Shown one piece after another: positions 18,455-28,839 of a DNA stretch of 64,000 nucleotides. Origin of the DNA: Polyangiales bacterium (GTDB lineage: Bacteria; Myxococcota_A; Polyangia; Polyangiales; Ga0077539); assembly GCA_044229975.1 (NCBI GenBank), contig JBGARZ010000016.1, positions 148,352 to 212,351 on the forward strand, given 5' to 3'. Position 1 is the first letter of the stretch; every line of letters starts with the position of its first letter. The notes beneath the pieces are model-generated. The model made no database searches, had not been told where the DNA came from, and saw nothing but the letters and a program-made list of their open reading frames with translations. The position numbers were made by a program, and so were the translations under genes.

Positions 18455-20337
18455 ATGAACCTCCCGCCCAACCCGACGCCCCTCTCCGTGCTCCGCGCGC
18501 AGCTCCTGCCGGTGGCGATGGTGTTCCTTCTGCCGCTGCTGTCGCTGGGGTTCACGCACCATGCGATCGGCTCCTTCGACGACAGCTTCGTCCGCCGCGC
18601 GACGCTCCAGATGGAGCGCGACGCCACGGTCACCCCCGAGCAGCGCGCCGAGTTCACGGCCTTCGTCACCCGCAACCCGCCGTCCGGGGCCTGCGTCTCC
18701 ACCGACCCCGCGCTCGCCCGCTACCGCGAAAACCTCTCCGGTTGGTGCTCGGACACCTGGCAGTTTCTCGACGCGCGCCGCGCGAGCCACTGGGCGCTCG
18801 TGCTCGGTCTCTTCGCCACGCTCGCGGGCGCCGGCCTCGCGCTGCTCGCCCACTTCAACGCCCGCGCGCAGTACGCGAGCTTCGTCATCGGCTGGCGCGC
18901 GATGCAGGTCTTCGCCGCCATCGAGACCATGATCCAGGGCGTGCTCGCGGTGTGGCTGTCGTTCTGGGTGACGGCCTTCTTCTTCCACATCTACATCGTC
19001 AAGATCATCCTCGTCGTCGCGGTGTTCGCCCTGTACGTGTCGTGGCACGCCATCCGGTCGATCTTCCTGAAGCCACCCCCGCCGCCGCCCGTCGAGGCGC
19101 TGCGCGTCGAGGAGGAGCGCGCGTCGGGCCTCTTCGCCCGCATCCGCCAGCTCTGCGCCCGCGTCGGAACCGAAGCCCCCTCCAACCTCCTCGTCGGCAT
19201 CGACGACAACTTCTTCGTCACCGAGTGCCCGCTCGACCTCGTCGAGGGCCGCGCCGAGGGCCGCTCGCTCTACGTCAGCCTCGCCCTCCTGCGCGTGCTC
19301 GACCGCGAGGAGACCGACGCCGTCCTCGCCCACGAGATGGGCCACTTCGTCGGCGGCGACACCGCCTTCACGCTCCGCATGGCGCCTCGCCGCGCGGCCT
19401 CGGTGCGCTACCTCGTGGCGCTCGCCGACAGCGCGCTGCCGGTGTTCTATTTCATGAACGCGTACTTCGCGGCCTTCAACCTCGCGCTGCTCCGCGCCGA
19501 GCGCGACCGCGAGTTCGCGGCCGACGCCCTCTCGGCCCGCATCGTCTCCGGCGCCGCCCTGGGTCGCGCGCTCGTGAAGATCGCCGCCTACTCCAGCTAC
19601 CGAACGCGCGTCGAGGCGAAGCTCTTCGACAACGACCGCACCCACGAGTCGCTCTCCATCGCGTCGCGCATCGCCGACGGCTTCGCGACCTACGCGGCCG
19701 GTGAAGACTGCTCCCTCGACCTGCGCGTCGCCGCGACGCCGCACCCCTTCGACACGCACCCCGCCCTCGACGCGCGCCTGGACGCCGTCGGGGCCCGCGT
19801 GGCCGGTGCCGACCTCGCCGCCGTGCTGCTCGCGCCTGCCGCGACGACGTGGCGCTCCGAGGTGGCCGACGCCGACACCATCGAGGCGCGCCTCTGGACC
19901 GACTACGAGGCGCGCTTCCACGCCGTGCACGAGCGGTCGCTCGCGTTTCGCTACCTGCCGTCGACCCCGGAGGAGGAGGCCGTGGTCGTGCGGTATTTCC
20001 CGGTGCGATCGTTCGCGTACGAGCACGACACCGTGGAGGTCGACTTCAAGAGCGTCACGGCGCCAGCGTGGGCCCGGTTCCGCTCGCGGACGTCCGCGAC
20101 ATCCAGATCAACGAGCGGATGTTCAAGAAGTACGTCGACGTCGTGCTGGTCGACGGGACGCAGCACTCGCTGCTGGTGAAGGGCCTCGGGTCGGGACAGA
20201 CGGAGTTCGTCGAGGTGCTGGCGCTCTACGTGGGTCGTGGTCAGGTGGCCCGCGAAGACGCCCAGCGACGGGCGGCGGCGAGCGCATCGCTTGACGCTGC
20301 GAGACCCGCGGCGATAGAGCAGACCCCCGATGCCTGA
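18455..20337 (+). pseudogene. M48 (HtpX-like) membrane metalloprotease, apparently frameshifted at ~20070 (possible sequencing indel)
   Basis: TMs, LAHEMGH, REFAADA, DTHP; protein-like sequence continues in another frame (GPVPLADVRDIQINE...) after GGG at 20070-20072. Confidence 0.75.
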
Positions 20338-20785
20338 GGCGATCACCGTGGCTGACGAGGGCCTCACCCCGCTCGCACCCCGACGCATCATCGGCGCAGC
20401 GGTCGACGGGATCGTGTTCGCGTTCTGCGTACAGATCTTTCCCCTCGGCCTCGTCGCGGCTCCGCTCTACTTCGTCTTCGGTATGCGGCGTCGCACGCTC
20501 GGGCACCGGGCCGCGGGCCTCTCGGTGGTGACGCGCGACGCGACGCCGCTCGACCTTCGCCGGGCCGCGCTGCGCGCTCTTCCGGTCTGCGCGCTCATGA
20601 CGCTCGCGAGCTTCCCGGTGTGGGGCGTGCTGCTCTTCGTGGTGGGGGCGGTCGTGTGGGCGGGGGTCGACGCCTGGCTCTACACGCAGGGATGGCGCCT
20701 CGGCCTGGGTGACCTCATGGCCGGGACGGCGACCGTGCGGCGGCCGCCTCGCGTTGCGCCCGCACCTCCCGCAACACCGGGGTGA
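20330..20785 (+). CDS. RDD family membrane protein
   Basis: RRIIGAAVD, TLGHRAAGLSVV, RLGLGDLMAGT. Confidence 0.8.
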   Translation: MPEAITVADEGLTPLAPRRIIGAAVDGIVFAFCVQIFPLGLVAAPLYFVFGMRRRTLGHRAAGLSVVTRDATPLDLRRAALRALPVCALMTLASFPVWGVLLFVVGAVVWAGVDAWLYTQGWRLGLGDLMAGTATVRRPPRVAPAPPATPG

Positions 20786-21719
20786 GCCGCGCAGAGGCGG
20801 CGCGGTTGCACGCCGCCGTCGGGTGACCGTCGTTGGAGTTCACCTCCAGGCGGAAGTCATCGATCACGCGGGTGTGGGTGTGGTGCGCGGCGTCGTAGCG
20901 GCGGACGGCGTAGGCGAAGTTCCAGCTCCGGCAGTAGTCGACGACCATGACCTCGTGGCCGTTGCGCGCGGCGAGGGAGTACAGGTAGTCGAGCACCAGG
21001 CTGATGCGGTGCCAGTAGAGCGGAGGCACCAGCGAGATGACCCGGAAGTCGCTGGTGTAGAGGGCCATCTTCCAGTTGACGAAGACGCGCTGGATGCCCT
21101 CGTTGATGAAGTCGGGCATGACGCGGGTGACGCCCTCGACGTTGCGGCTCCAGCGCACGACGCTCACCGAGTCCGTGGTCGACACGTCGTCGCAGATGAA
21201 CGAGTAGAGCGCGACGTCGGGGTGGTACTTCATCCCGAACACCTGGGTCATGCGGCCCATGCCCTCGAAGTTCATGCCGGGGATGCCGAAGTTGAAGGTC
21301 TCGTAGCGGTCGCCGAGGTCGCGCTGTAGCGCGTTGGGCAGCGTGTCGCGCTGCTGGAGCCCGAGGCCGAAGATGAACGAGTCACCAAACACCGCCACCC
21401 GGAAGACGCCCGGCGCTGCGGTGAGGGTGTGGTCGACGTCGCGGAAGCCCTCGGCGTTGGTCGAGATGCGGATGGGCTGGTACCCGCGGATGGCGCCGGG
21501 CGCGTGCTCGTGGGTGTGCTCGACGTCGCGGAGGTTGGGCCGGAAGCGGGTGATCTGGTCGGGCGGGATGTTCATCACATCGAGCCGGATGGCCGTGAAG
21601 TTGGAGCGCAGCGGCACCAGCAGCGCGAGCTCGATGAGCGTCGTGACGACGTAGACATTGAAGAGGACGACCTTCGCCCGTTGAGCGAACCGCGCCGCCA
21701 GCTCTGAGGGCTCCGCCAT
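20715..21719 (-). CDS. SGNH/GDSL hydrolase family protein
   Basis: TNAEGFRD, FGDSFIFG, NFGIPG, DGHPT; start placed at MAEPSEL. Confidence 0.85.
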   Translation of the reverse strand: MAEPSELAARFAQRAKVVLFNVYVVTTLIELALLVPLRSNFTAIRLDVMNIPPDQITRFRPNLRDVEHTHEHAPGAIRGYQPIRISTNAEGFRDVDHTLTAAPGVFRVAVFGDSFIFGLGLQQRDTLPNALQRDLGDRYETFNFGIPGMNFEGMGRMTQVFGMKYHPDVALYSFICDDVSTTDSVSVVRWSRNVEGVTRVMPDFINEGIQRVFVNWKMALYTSDFRVISLVPPLYWHRISLVLDYLYSLAARNGHEVMVVDYCRSWNFAYAVRRYDAAHHTHTRVIDDFRLEVNSNDGHPTAACNRAASARLTPVLREVRAQREAAAARSPSRP

Positions 21720-21839
21720 CGCCGCGACGCTAGTCCTTTTCCGCGGGCGATGTGAAGCCCGACGCGCGGTCGTCCGACGGCTTCGACGTGTACTGGCCGA
21801 TGGGCCACCGCACGCCCCGCCGTGGTGCCCGTTGACCTC

Positions 21840-22385
21840 ATGGGAACCCTCTTCGCCGACCCTCGCATCGAGGCTCTCTACCGCCGCCTCTTCGACACGC
21901 CCGAGCGCCGCGCCCGGCTCGCCGAGCTCCTCGGCGCCCTCCTCGAAGAAGCTCCTCCGCCCGCGGCCCAGACGCCCCCTCGCAAGCCGCGCCCCGCGAA
22001 GAACGTCCTGCCTCCCCCCGACCTCTCGTCGCCCCCGATCGGCGATGGCGAGCGCCTCGACGCATCGCGCGGGTGGCTGGAGGTCTCCTTCGCCGCCGAC
22101 CAAGGCCGCGTGGAGTCGGTGATGGTCTTCGAGACCCACCGGCCGGGCGCCCTCTACGCGGTGGTCGCCGTCGAGGCCGACGGTCGCACCGAGACCCTCT
22201 GGCAGCGCGGCTCCATCGGGTCGCTCCCGCACGCGGCGACGGTGCTCTCGGTGCGCCTGCGTGAGCCTCGTCCCCTCACGAAGCTACGTCTCTGGGTGGA
22301 CACCGACGTGGTCGACACCTGGCCGGAGATCGACACCGTCGCGCTCGTCCCGTGGCGCATCACCACCGAGACCTGCGCGGTCTGA
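21840..22385 (+). CDS. Hypothetical protein with probable discoidin-like beta-sandwich C-terminus
   Basis: WLEVSF...VMVFET..PGA...WPEIDTVAL; GC3-biased frame. Confidence 0.6.
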   Translation: MGTLFADPRIEALYRRLFDTPERRARLAELLGALLEEAPPPAAQTPPRKPRPAKNVLPPPDLSSPPIGDGERLDASRGWLEVSFAADQGRVESVMVFETHRPGALYAVVAVEADGRTETLWQRGSIGSLPHAATVLSVRLREPRPLTKLRLWVDTDVVDTWPEIDTVALVPWRITTETCAV

Positions 22386-22391
22386 CCAACC

Positions 22392-23309
22392 TCACCCCTC
22401 GAAGAGACGGAGCGCGTTGCCCGACAGCACCGCCGCGCGCTCGGCCTCGCCCGGAACCGCATCGAGCAGGCGTCGCAGCTCGCGGTCCCAGGCGTAGGGG
22501 AGGTTGGGGAAGTCGGTTCCGTACAGGAGGCGTGACGCGCGCCCCGGGAAGAGCGCCGGCGGCAGCTCGCACGGGAGGAAGTCCGCGATCGCCATGGTGG
22601 TGTCCAACCACAGGTGCTCATAGCGATCGAGCAGGTCGAGGTACCCGTCGAACTCGTCGGCCCCGAGGTGCGGCACCACCAGCTTCAGCCGCGGATACTT
22701 CTGGAGCACCCGCTCCACCTGCTGCACGCCGCAGAGCGCCCGCGTGTCCACTCCGTACGCGGGCGACGACGGCTCGCGACCCGCGTGGATCACCACCGGA
22801 ACACCCGCGTCCTGGCACTGCGCGTACACCGGGTCGATGCGCGGGTCGTCGGCGCCCATGCGCTGCACGTGGCAGTGCAGCTTGATGCCGCGGAGCCCCA
22901 GCGGGCCCAGCGCCTCGCGCACCACGGCCTCGGTGTCGGGCTCACCGGGCATCACCGTTCCGAGCGGGATGATGACGTCGCGGTGCGCCGCCGCGAGCTC
23001 GGCGACATATCGGTTGAGCATCGCGGCGAGACCCGGCTTGTGCGAATAGTGCAGCGCGCAAAACCGCGACACCCCGCGCTCGCGCATGAACGCAATCACC
23101 TGCTCGGAGTGCAGCCGATATCGGATGGGCCACGCGTTGACGTCGAACCACCGCCAGATGGCCTCGAACATCCCATCGGGGAAGAGGTGCACGTGCGCGT
23201 CGACCACCGTGAGCCCGGCCGGGACGCTCGCGCCCTCGGCATCATCGATGCCGCCGCGCGGGATGTACGGACCGTGCGCGCAGCCTGCGGGGCCCTCGTC
23301 GTGGCTCAT
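22392..23309 (-). CDS. Amidohydrolase family protein (Amidohydro_2)
   Basis: VDAHVH, GIKLH, IHAG, PHLG, LYGTDFP. Confidence 0.92.
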   Translation of the reverse strand: MSHDEGPAGCAHGPYIPRGGIDDAEGASVPAGLTVVDAHVHLFPDGMFEAIWRWFDVNAWPIRYRLHSEQVIAFMRERGVSRFCALHYSHKPGLAAMLNRYVAELAAAHRDVIIPLGTVMPGEPDTEAVVREALGPLGLRGIKLHCHVQRMGADDPRIDPVYAQCQDAGVPVVIHAGREPSSPAYGVDTRALCGVQQVERVLQKYPRLKLVVPHLGADEFDGYLDLLDRYEHLWLDTTMAIADFLPCELPPALFPGRASRLLYGTDFPNLPYAWDRELRRLLDAVPGEAERAAVLSGNALRLFEG

Positions 23310-23311
23310 CG

Positions 23312-24034
23312 CTAGCTGACGCGCTGGAGGCAGTCGCGCAGGCGGTCGTCGATGACGCGGTTGAGGCCGCCGCGCATGCCGCCGCGGACGTTGGCCTCGG
23401 GGAAGAGGTGCGGTCGGCCGAAGTCGTCGACGGCGTGCGTGAGCTCCATCACGCCGAGGTTGTTGGCCCGCGCGTAGTGCATCACTTCGAGCAGCACCCG
23501 CAGCTCGGCGTAGCCGTCGTAGCCGCCTTCCTGAAGGCGTTCGAGGAAGTAGCGGGTGCGGCGCTCGATGTCGCGCACCAGCAGGAAGACTTCACCCGCC
23601 GTCACGAAGGACCCCGCCGTCGCGGGCCCCGAGAAGCCCTCGCGAATCTCTCCGACGGCCGCGCCCAGCTCCCGCGTGCGCGCGCCGAGGATGGACGCCG
23701 AGCGGGTGTATGGACGCAGCGGGCACTCGCCCGAGCCGCGCCAGTACGACAATCCCAGGTTGCCCAGGAAGTACACCGGGTGGTGGTGCGCCGCGACGAT
23801 GCCGAAGGCGTAGTTGACCGACGCGGCCCACGGGAGACCGTCACCCGCGCGCAGCGATCCCACCGCGGCCTGCATGGTCGGAACCCACGCGCCGAGGCGC
23901 TCGCGCAGCGCCGGGTGATCGCCCGCGAGGTCGATGAGCTGTGCGATGGGTCGACGGTCGACGAGCGCAGGAACCCACGTGTGCAGGTAGGCCCGCTCCT
24001 CGAAGGGGTGGAGGGTGACGGCGTAGGGCGTCAC
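23312..24034 (-). CDS. Hypothetical protein
   Basis: Protein-like C-terminal half of ORF 23312..24796; GTG start overlaps the upstream stop (GTGA). Confidence 0.7.
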   Translation of the reverse strand: MTPYAVTLHPFEERAYLHTWVPALVDRRPIAQLIDLAGDHPALRERLGAWVPTMQAAVGSLRAGDGLPWAASVNYAFGIVAAHHHPVYFLGNLGLSYWRGSGECPLRPYTRSASILGARTRELGAAVGEIREGFSGPATAGSFVTAGEVFLLVRDIERRTRYFLERLQEGGYDGYAELRVLLEVMHYARANNLGVMELTHAVDDFGRPHLFPEANVRGGMRGGLNRVIDDRLRDCLQRVS

Positions 24035-24561
24035 GTCCCGGAGTCGGCGGCGGGTGGGGTCGACAGCGCGCGCACGACCTTCTCGACGGTGTCGCGGGCG
24101 CGGCCCTCGATCATGGCTTCGAGGATGCGCCGGGCGCCGGGGTTGCGGTTGAGCACGTCCTCGATGTCGGCGTGGTCGAAGCGCACCACGCTCAGGTCGG
24201 TGAGCGCCGTCACCGTGGCCGTGCGCGGGAGGTTGGTGAGCAGGGCGACCTCGCCGAAAAACGCCCCGTGTTGCAGCGTCGCGAGCACCAGCGGCGCGCC
24301 GTCGGGCGTGGTCGTCGTGACCTCGGCGACCCCCTGGTCGATGAGGTAGAAGTCCGAGCTCGGCTCGCCTTCGGTGAGCACCACCTTGGCGGGCGGAAAC
24401 ACCATCACCACCCCGCGGTCGGCCAGGTCGCGCCGCGCCTCGGGGTCGAGCGAGCGAAACAAGAACGACCCCGTGACCACCGCCTCGACCCCGTCGCGCA
24501 GCCAGTCCAGCGTGTCGGCCGTGGCCGCGGTCCCCTCGTCGGTCGTCAGTGGGTCGGTCAT
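24031..24561 (-). CDS. Stand-alone cyclic nucleotide-binding domain protein
   Basis: EGEPSSDFYLIDQG, GAFFGEVALL..PRTATV phosphate-binding cassette. Confidence 0.9.
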   Translation of the reverse strand: MTDPLTTDEGTAATADTLDWLRDGVEAVVTGSFLFRSLDPEARRDLADRGVVMVFPPAKVVLTEGEPSSDFYLIDQGVAEVTTTTPDGAPLVLATLQHGAFFGEVALLTNLPRTATVTALTDLSVVRFDHADIEDVLNRNPGARRILEAMIEGRARDTVEKVVRALSTPPAADSGT

Positions 24562-24701
24562 CGTGCGGCGTCGATGCTGCCACGGTTCGGCGCTGCGACG
24601 CCACCGACGCACCCGCTTCGCCGGGTCGGCGGTGATGCGTGGGGGAGGGGCTTGTTCCAGAACGCGCGAAGTCGGTGGTATAGGGGCCCAAGTCGGTCGC
24701 C

Positions 24702-26768
24702 GTGGTCACCTCTCCGCAGACAACTCCTACGCCCGCGCCCCCGTCACCTGCCCCGGCCACGCCGTCGGTGATCCCTGGCGTGATGTCCGCGGGCACGCGC
24801 CTCGGCCGCTACGAGATCGTCTCCGACCTCGGCGCGGGCGGCATGGCCACCGTCTATCTCGGGCGCGCGCTCTCGGTCGCCGGCTTCCAGCGCCTCGTCG
24901 CCATCAAGCTGCTGCACCCGCACCTGCTGAGGGACGAGACCTTCGTGCAGATGTTCCTCGACGAGGGGCGGCTCGCGGCGCGCATCCACCACCCCAACGT
25001 CGTCGCGACGCTCGACCTCGAACGCTCCCCCGAAGGTCTCTACATCGTCTCGGAGTACATCGAGGGCGACCAGCTCCTGGGGCTCTACAAGTCCGCGCGC
25101 GCCACCGAGCAGCGCATCCCGCGCAACATCGCGCTGCGCATCGCCATCGATGTTCTGGCGGGTCTCCAGGCCGCCCACGAGCTCACCGACGACCTCGGCG
25201 TTGCCCTCAAGATCGTCCACCGCGACGTCTCGCCGCACAACATCCTCGTCGGCTCCGACGGCATCTCGCGCCTCACCGACTTCGGCATCGCCAAGGCCGA
25301 GGAGCGCATCGCCGACACCCGCGATGGCATCGTGAAGGGCAAGCTCTCGTACATGGCGCCCGAGCAGCCCAACGACGGGCCCATCGACCGCCGCGCCGAC
25401 CTCTTCGCGCTCGGGACCGTCCTCTGGGAGTGCCTCACCGGCCGCCGTCTCTTCCCCGGGAAGACCGACGCCGAGGTGCTCCAGTCCCTGCTCAACCGCC
25501 CCATTCCGCGGCTGCGCGCCGTCGACCCGGAGCTCCCCGAGGCGCTCGACGGCGTGCTCGCCCGCGCCCTCGACCGCGACCCCGAGCGCCGCTGGCAGAG
25601 CGCGCGAGAGTTCGCCGATGCTCTCGAAGGAGCAGTGTCGGGCTCCGAGATCGCCTCGTACCGGGTCGTCGCCGAGCACGTGAAGCAGGTCGCCTCGGCC
25701 AAGATCATCAACGAGCACGAGCGCCGCCGCGCCACCACCCGCGACCTCCCGGCGTACCGCCCGACGGCCGAGTCCCTGCGCTCCATCGCGGCCATCCCCT
25801 CGCCGGGGCGCCCCACCGTGACGCCGCCAGAGCCCGCCGAGATCGTCGTGCCCGCGCACGCCGACGAGGCGCCGACGCAGATCCAGTCGACGAACATGCA
25901 CCTGCTGCCGCCGACGATGCCGACGGCGCGCTCGCTCGTGGCCCCGCCGCCGCTGCCGCCGTCCGCGAAGCTCATCGTCGCTCCCCCGGAGACGCCCACC
26001 GCGCGTCCGCCCTCGGCGGCGTCCGAGCACCGCACCTCCGGCTCGCGCCCGCTGCCGCCGCTGCCGCCGTTGACGGCTCCGTCGTCACAGCCCGCTTCGG
26101 ACAAGCCACCGACGGAAGCCGCCAAGGACGACGCGTCGGCGGTCGAAGAGCCGATGCCGCTGCTGGCCGAGAAGCGCATCTCCATCCCGCCGACGCTCAT
26201 CTCGTCGCCCGCGCTCGACGAGGCCGCCGCCGTCGCGCGCCTCTCGCTCGCGCCGCCCGTCGTGTCGACGGAGATGCTCCCGATGTCGCCGCCGGTCGTG
26301 CAACCGGTCGTGCAACCGATCGCGCCGCCAGAGCCACGGCGCCGCGGGGGCGCTTGGATCTTCGCGGGCGTGGTCCTGCTGGGCGTCGCCCTCGGGCTCG
26401 TCATCTGGAAGGTCGGCCTGCAGGAGACGTCCTCCGGCGGCAGCGCTCCCGCCGTGGCGCGCGCGGTCGAGCCGACGCCCATCGTCGTGCCGCCGCTCGA
26501 TCCGCCGGTGACCCCGGTCGTGCCCCCGCCCGCCGTCGCGATGGAGTCCGCGCCCGTCGTCGAAGCGCCCGCCGTCCCCGTCGTCGAGGCGCCCGCTGCG
26601 CCCGTCGTCGTCGCGGCTCCGTCGCCGCAACCGCTGCTCCGTCGGCCGGTGCCGCCTCGCGCTCCGGTGCCTCCGACGCCGCCCGTCGCGCGGCCGCCCG
26701 TGGTCGTTCCGGTGCTGCCCGCGCCCGTCGCGACGCCGACCGCTCCGTCGCTCCCCACCTCGATCTGA
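24702..26768 (+). CDS. Hanks-type Ser/Thr protein kinase with TM and Pro-rich tail
   Basis: LGAGGMATV, VAIK, HRDVSPHN, DFG, YMAPE; TM WIFAGVVLLGVALGLVIW. Confidence 0.95.
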   Translation: MVTSPQTTPTPAPPSPAPATPSVIPGVMSAGTRLGRYEIVSDLGAGGMATVYLGRALSVAGFQRLVAIKLLHPHLLRDETFVQMFLDEGRLAARIHHPNVVATLDLERSPEGLYIVSEYIEGDQLLGLYKSARATEQRIPRNIALRIAIDVLAGLQAAHELTDDLGVALKIVHRDVSPHNILVGSDGISRLTDFGIAKAEERIADTRDGIVKGKLSYMAPEQPNDGPIDRRADLFALGTVLWECLTGRRLFPGKTDAEVLQSLLNRPIPRLRAVDPELPEALDGVLARALDRDPERRWQSAREFADALEGAVSGSEIASYRVVAEHVKQVASAKIINEHERRRATTRDLPAYRPTAESLRSIAAIPSPGRPTVTPPEPAEIVVPAHADEAPTQIQSTNMHLLPPTMPTARSLVAPPPLPPSAKLIVAPPETPTARPPSAASEHRTSGSRPLPPLPPLTAPSSQPASDKPPTEAAKDDASAVEEPMPLLAEKRISIPPTLISSPALDEAAAVARLSLAPPVVSTEMLPMSPPVVQPVVQPIAPPEPRRRGGAWIFAGVVLLGVALGLVIWKVGLQETSSGGSAPAVARAVEPTPIVVPPLDPPVTPVVPPPAVAMESAPVVEAPAVPVVEAPAAPVVVAAPSPQPLLRRPVPPRAPVPPTPPVARPPVVVPVLPAPVATPTAPSLPTSI

Positions 26769-26781
26769 GCCCACTGCCCCG

Positions 26782-27807
26782 ATGCCAACGCTTCGTCGTC
26801 CGCTCTGCTCACGCGCCGCTGCGCTCGCGGTGATGCTTACCGCGTCGGGTATTCCGTCGGTCGCCCTCGCGCAGTCGCCGCCGAGCGCAGCCGCCACGCC
26901 CGCCGCCGTCGCCGCGCAGGGCCGCTTCGACCGCGGGCGCACCCTCTTCCAGCAAGATCACTTCGCCGAGGCGCTCCCCGAGTTTCGCGCGTCGCTGGAG
27001 CTGTTTCGCAGCCCCAACACCCGGCTCTACGTGGGCCTCTGTCTCCAGCGCTTGAACCGCTTCGCCGAGGCCTTCGCGGAGCTCTCGCGCACGGCGGCCG
27101 AGGCCGGCGACCTCGTCGCCACCGACCGCCGCTACGAGGGCGCTCGCGACCTCGCGCGCCGCTCCCTCGCCGAGGTCGAGCCCCGCGTGGCGCAGCTCTC
27201 GGTGCGCGTCGTCGACCCGCCGCCGGGCGTGACCGTGCACGTCGGCAGCACGACGCTCGACGCGGCGGCGCTGGGCGTGGCGATCCCGTTTGATCCGGCG
27301 GAGGTCACGGTGGTGGCCGAGGCGCCGGGCTTTCTTCCGTCGCGGCAGTCGGTGCGGCTGACCCCGGGCGGTCGGGCGTCCATCGAGCTCGCGATGCGCC
27401 GCGCGCCGGTGACGGCCAACGTTGCTCCGCCGGTGACGGGGCAGGGAGAAAACGTTCCGCCGCCCGCTCGTGGCGGTGGGGTGCGGGTGGCGGGCTTCGT
27501 GGTGGCGGGCGTCGGCGTCGCGTCGCTGGCGGTGTTTGGCGTGCTCGGGGGGATGGCCTCGTCGCAGTACAACGACCTCTCGCGGGTGTGCCCGGTGCGC
27601 GCGTGCGGCCCTGCACAGGTGGCGGACATCGACAGCGGCGTGGGGCTCACCACGGGGGCCAACGTGATGCTGGGCGTCGGGATCGTGGCGGTGGTCGCGG
27701 GCGGTGTGATGATCGCGGTGGGCGGTCCGAGGTCGGGGGCGGCGCCGCAGACGACGGCGTACGTTGATCCGACGTCGGGGACGGTGGGGGTGCGCGGTGC
27801 GTTCTGA
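26782..27807 (+). CDS. Exported TPR + PEGA-like protein with C-terminal hydrophobic hairpin
   Basis: Signal peptide, TPR-like helices, VVAEAPGF beta domain, two hydrophobic segments around a Cys pair, ends GVRGAF. Confidence 0.8.
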   Translation: MPTLRRPLCSRAAALAVMLTASGIPSVALAQSPPSAAATPAAVAAQGRFDRGRTLFQQDHFAEALPEFRASLELFRSPNTRLYVGLCLQRLNRFAEAFAELSRTAAEAGDLVATDRRYEGARDLARRSLAEVEPRVAQLSVRVVDPPPGVTVHVGSTTLDAAALGVAIPFDPAEVTVVAEAPGFLPSRQSVRLTPGGRASIELAMRRAPVTANVAPPVTGQGENVPPPARGGGVRVAGFVVAGVGVASLAVFGVLGGMASSQYNDLSRVCPVRACGPAQVADIDSGVGLTTGANVMLGVGIVAVVAGGVMIAVGGPRSGAAPQTTAYVDPTSGTVGVRGAF

Positions 27808-28759
27808 GCGGGCTCGATGGCTCGTGCTGGCGGCGGTGCTGGGCGGGTGTTCGTTTGAGTGGGACGCGCTGCGGCCACGGGTCGACGGCGGGACGCGGGC
27901 GGACGTGCAGATGGGCACGGACGCAGGCGCAGACGCGGGCTTCGCGACGGACGTCGTGACGACGACGGACGTGGGCGAGGACGCGGGCACGACGGACGTG
28001 GGTGAGTCGGACGCGGGCGAGCTCGACGTGGGTGAGCTGGACGCGGGCACGACGGACGCGGGCGAGCTCGACGCGGGCACGGACGTCGGCTTCGACGCGG
28101 GTGTGATGGATGTGGGGACGCCCGATGTGGGGACGCCCGATGTGGGGCGACCGGACGTCGGGATGCCCGACGTGGGCACGCCGGATGTCGGGACGCCGGA
28201 CGTGGGGACACCCGACGTCGGGACCTCGGACAGCGGAGTGGTCGCTCCCACCGCGGGTTCGCTGGTGATCACCGAGATCATGAACGACCTCGAAGGCTCG
28301 CCTTCGGAGCCCGAAGGGGAGTGGATCGAGATCTACAACCCGGGACCGAGCGCGGTGAACCTGTCGAACGTGCGGGTGCGGGATGCGAGCTCCGCCTCGG
28401 GGCCGATCGTCCCCACTTCGGGGACGGCGATCATCCAGCCGGGCGCCTACGCGGTGCTCGCGCGAACCGCGACGCTGGACATCAGCGGTGGGCCGGTTCG
28501 GGCGATCGCGACCTACGACACGGTGGCGCTCAACAACTCGGGGAGCGAGACCGTCACCATCGAGACGACGACCGGGACGCTGATCGACACGGTGACCTAC
28601 GGGGCGGGCTGGCCCAACGTCGGCGGTCGCTCGAAGTCGTTGCGTTCGACGAGCCTCGACGCCACGGCGAACAACATGGTGGCCAACTGGTGCGGGGCGA
28701 CGACCCTCTACACCACCGCCAACTACGGAACGCCCGGCGCCGCCAACGACTGCCCCTGA
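27797..28759 (+). CDS. Lipoprotein with acidic repeat linker and lamin-tail domain
   Basis: LGGC lipobox, DAG/DVGTP repeats, LVITEIM...EWIEIYN...LNNSG. Confidence 0.85.
   Translation: MRSERARWLVLAAVLGGCSFEWDALRPRVDGGTRADVQMGTDAGADAGFATDVVTTTDVGEDAGTTDVGESDAGELDVGELDAGTTDAGELDAGTDVGFDAGVMDVGTPDVGTPDVGRPDVGMPDVGTPDVGTPDVGTPDVGTSDSGVVAPTAGSLVITEIMNDLEGSPSEPEGEWIEIYNPGPSAVNLSNVRVRDASSASGPIVPTSGTAIIQPGAYAVLARTATLDISGGPVRAIATYDTVALNNSGSETVTIETTTGTLIDTVTYGAGWPNVGGRSKSLRSTSLDATANNMVANWCGATTLYTTANYGTPGAANDCP
28109..28228 (+). repeat. 15-bp coding tandem repeat (DVGTP-like x8)
   Basis: gatgtggggacgccc-like units repeated 8 times. Confidence 0.85.
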
Positions 28760-28839
28760 ACCCCCGCCGGGCAATCGTTCGCGGACGCCCGGAGGTGGGT
28801 GGAGACCCGCGGCGGACTGGAGTAGCTTCCGCGCCCTTC

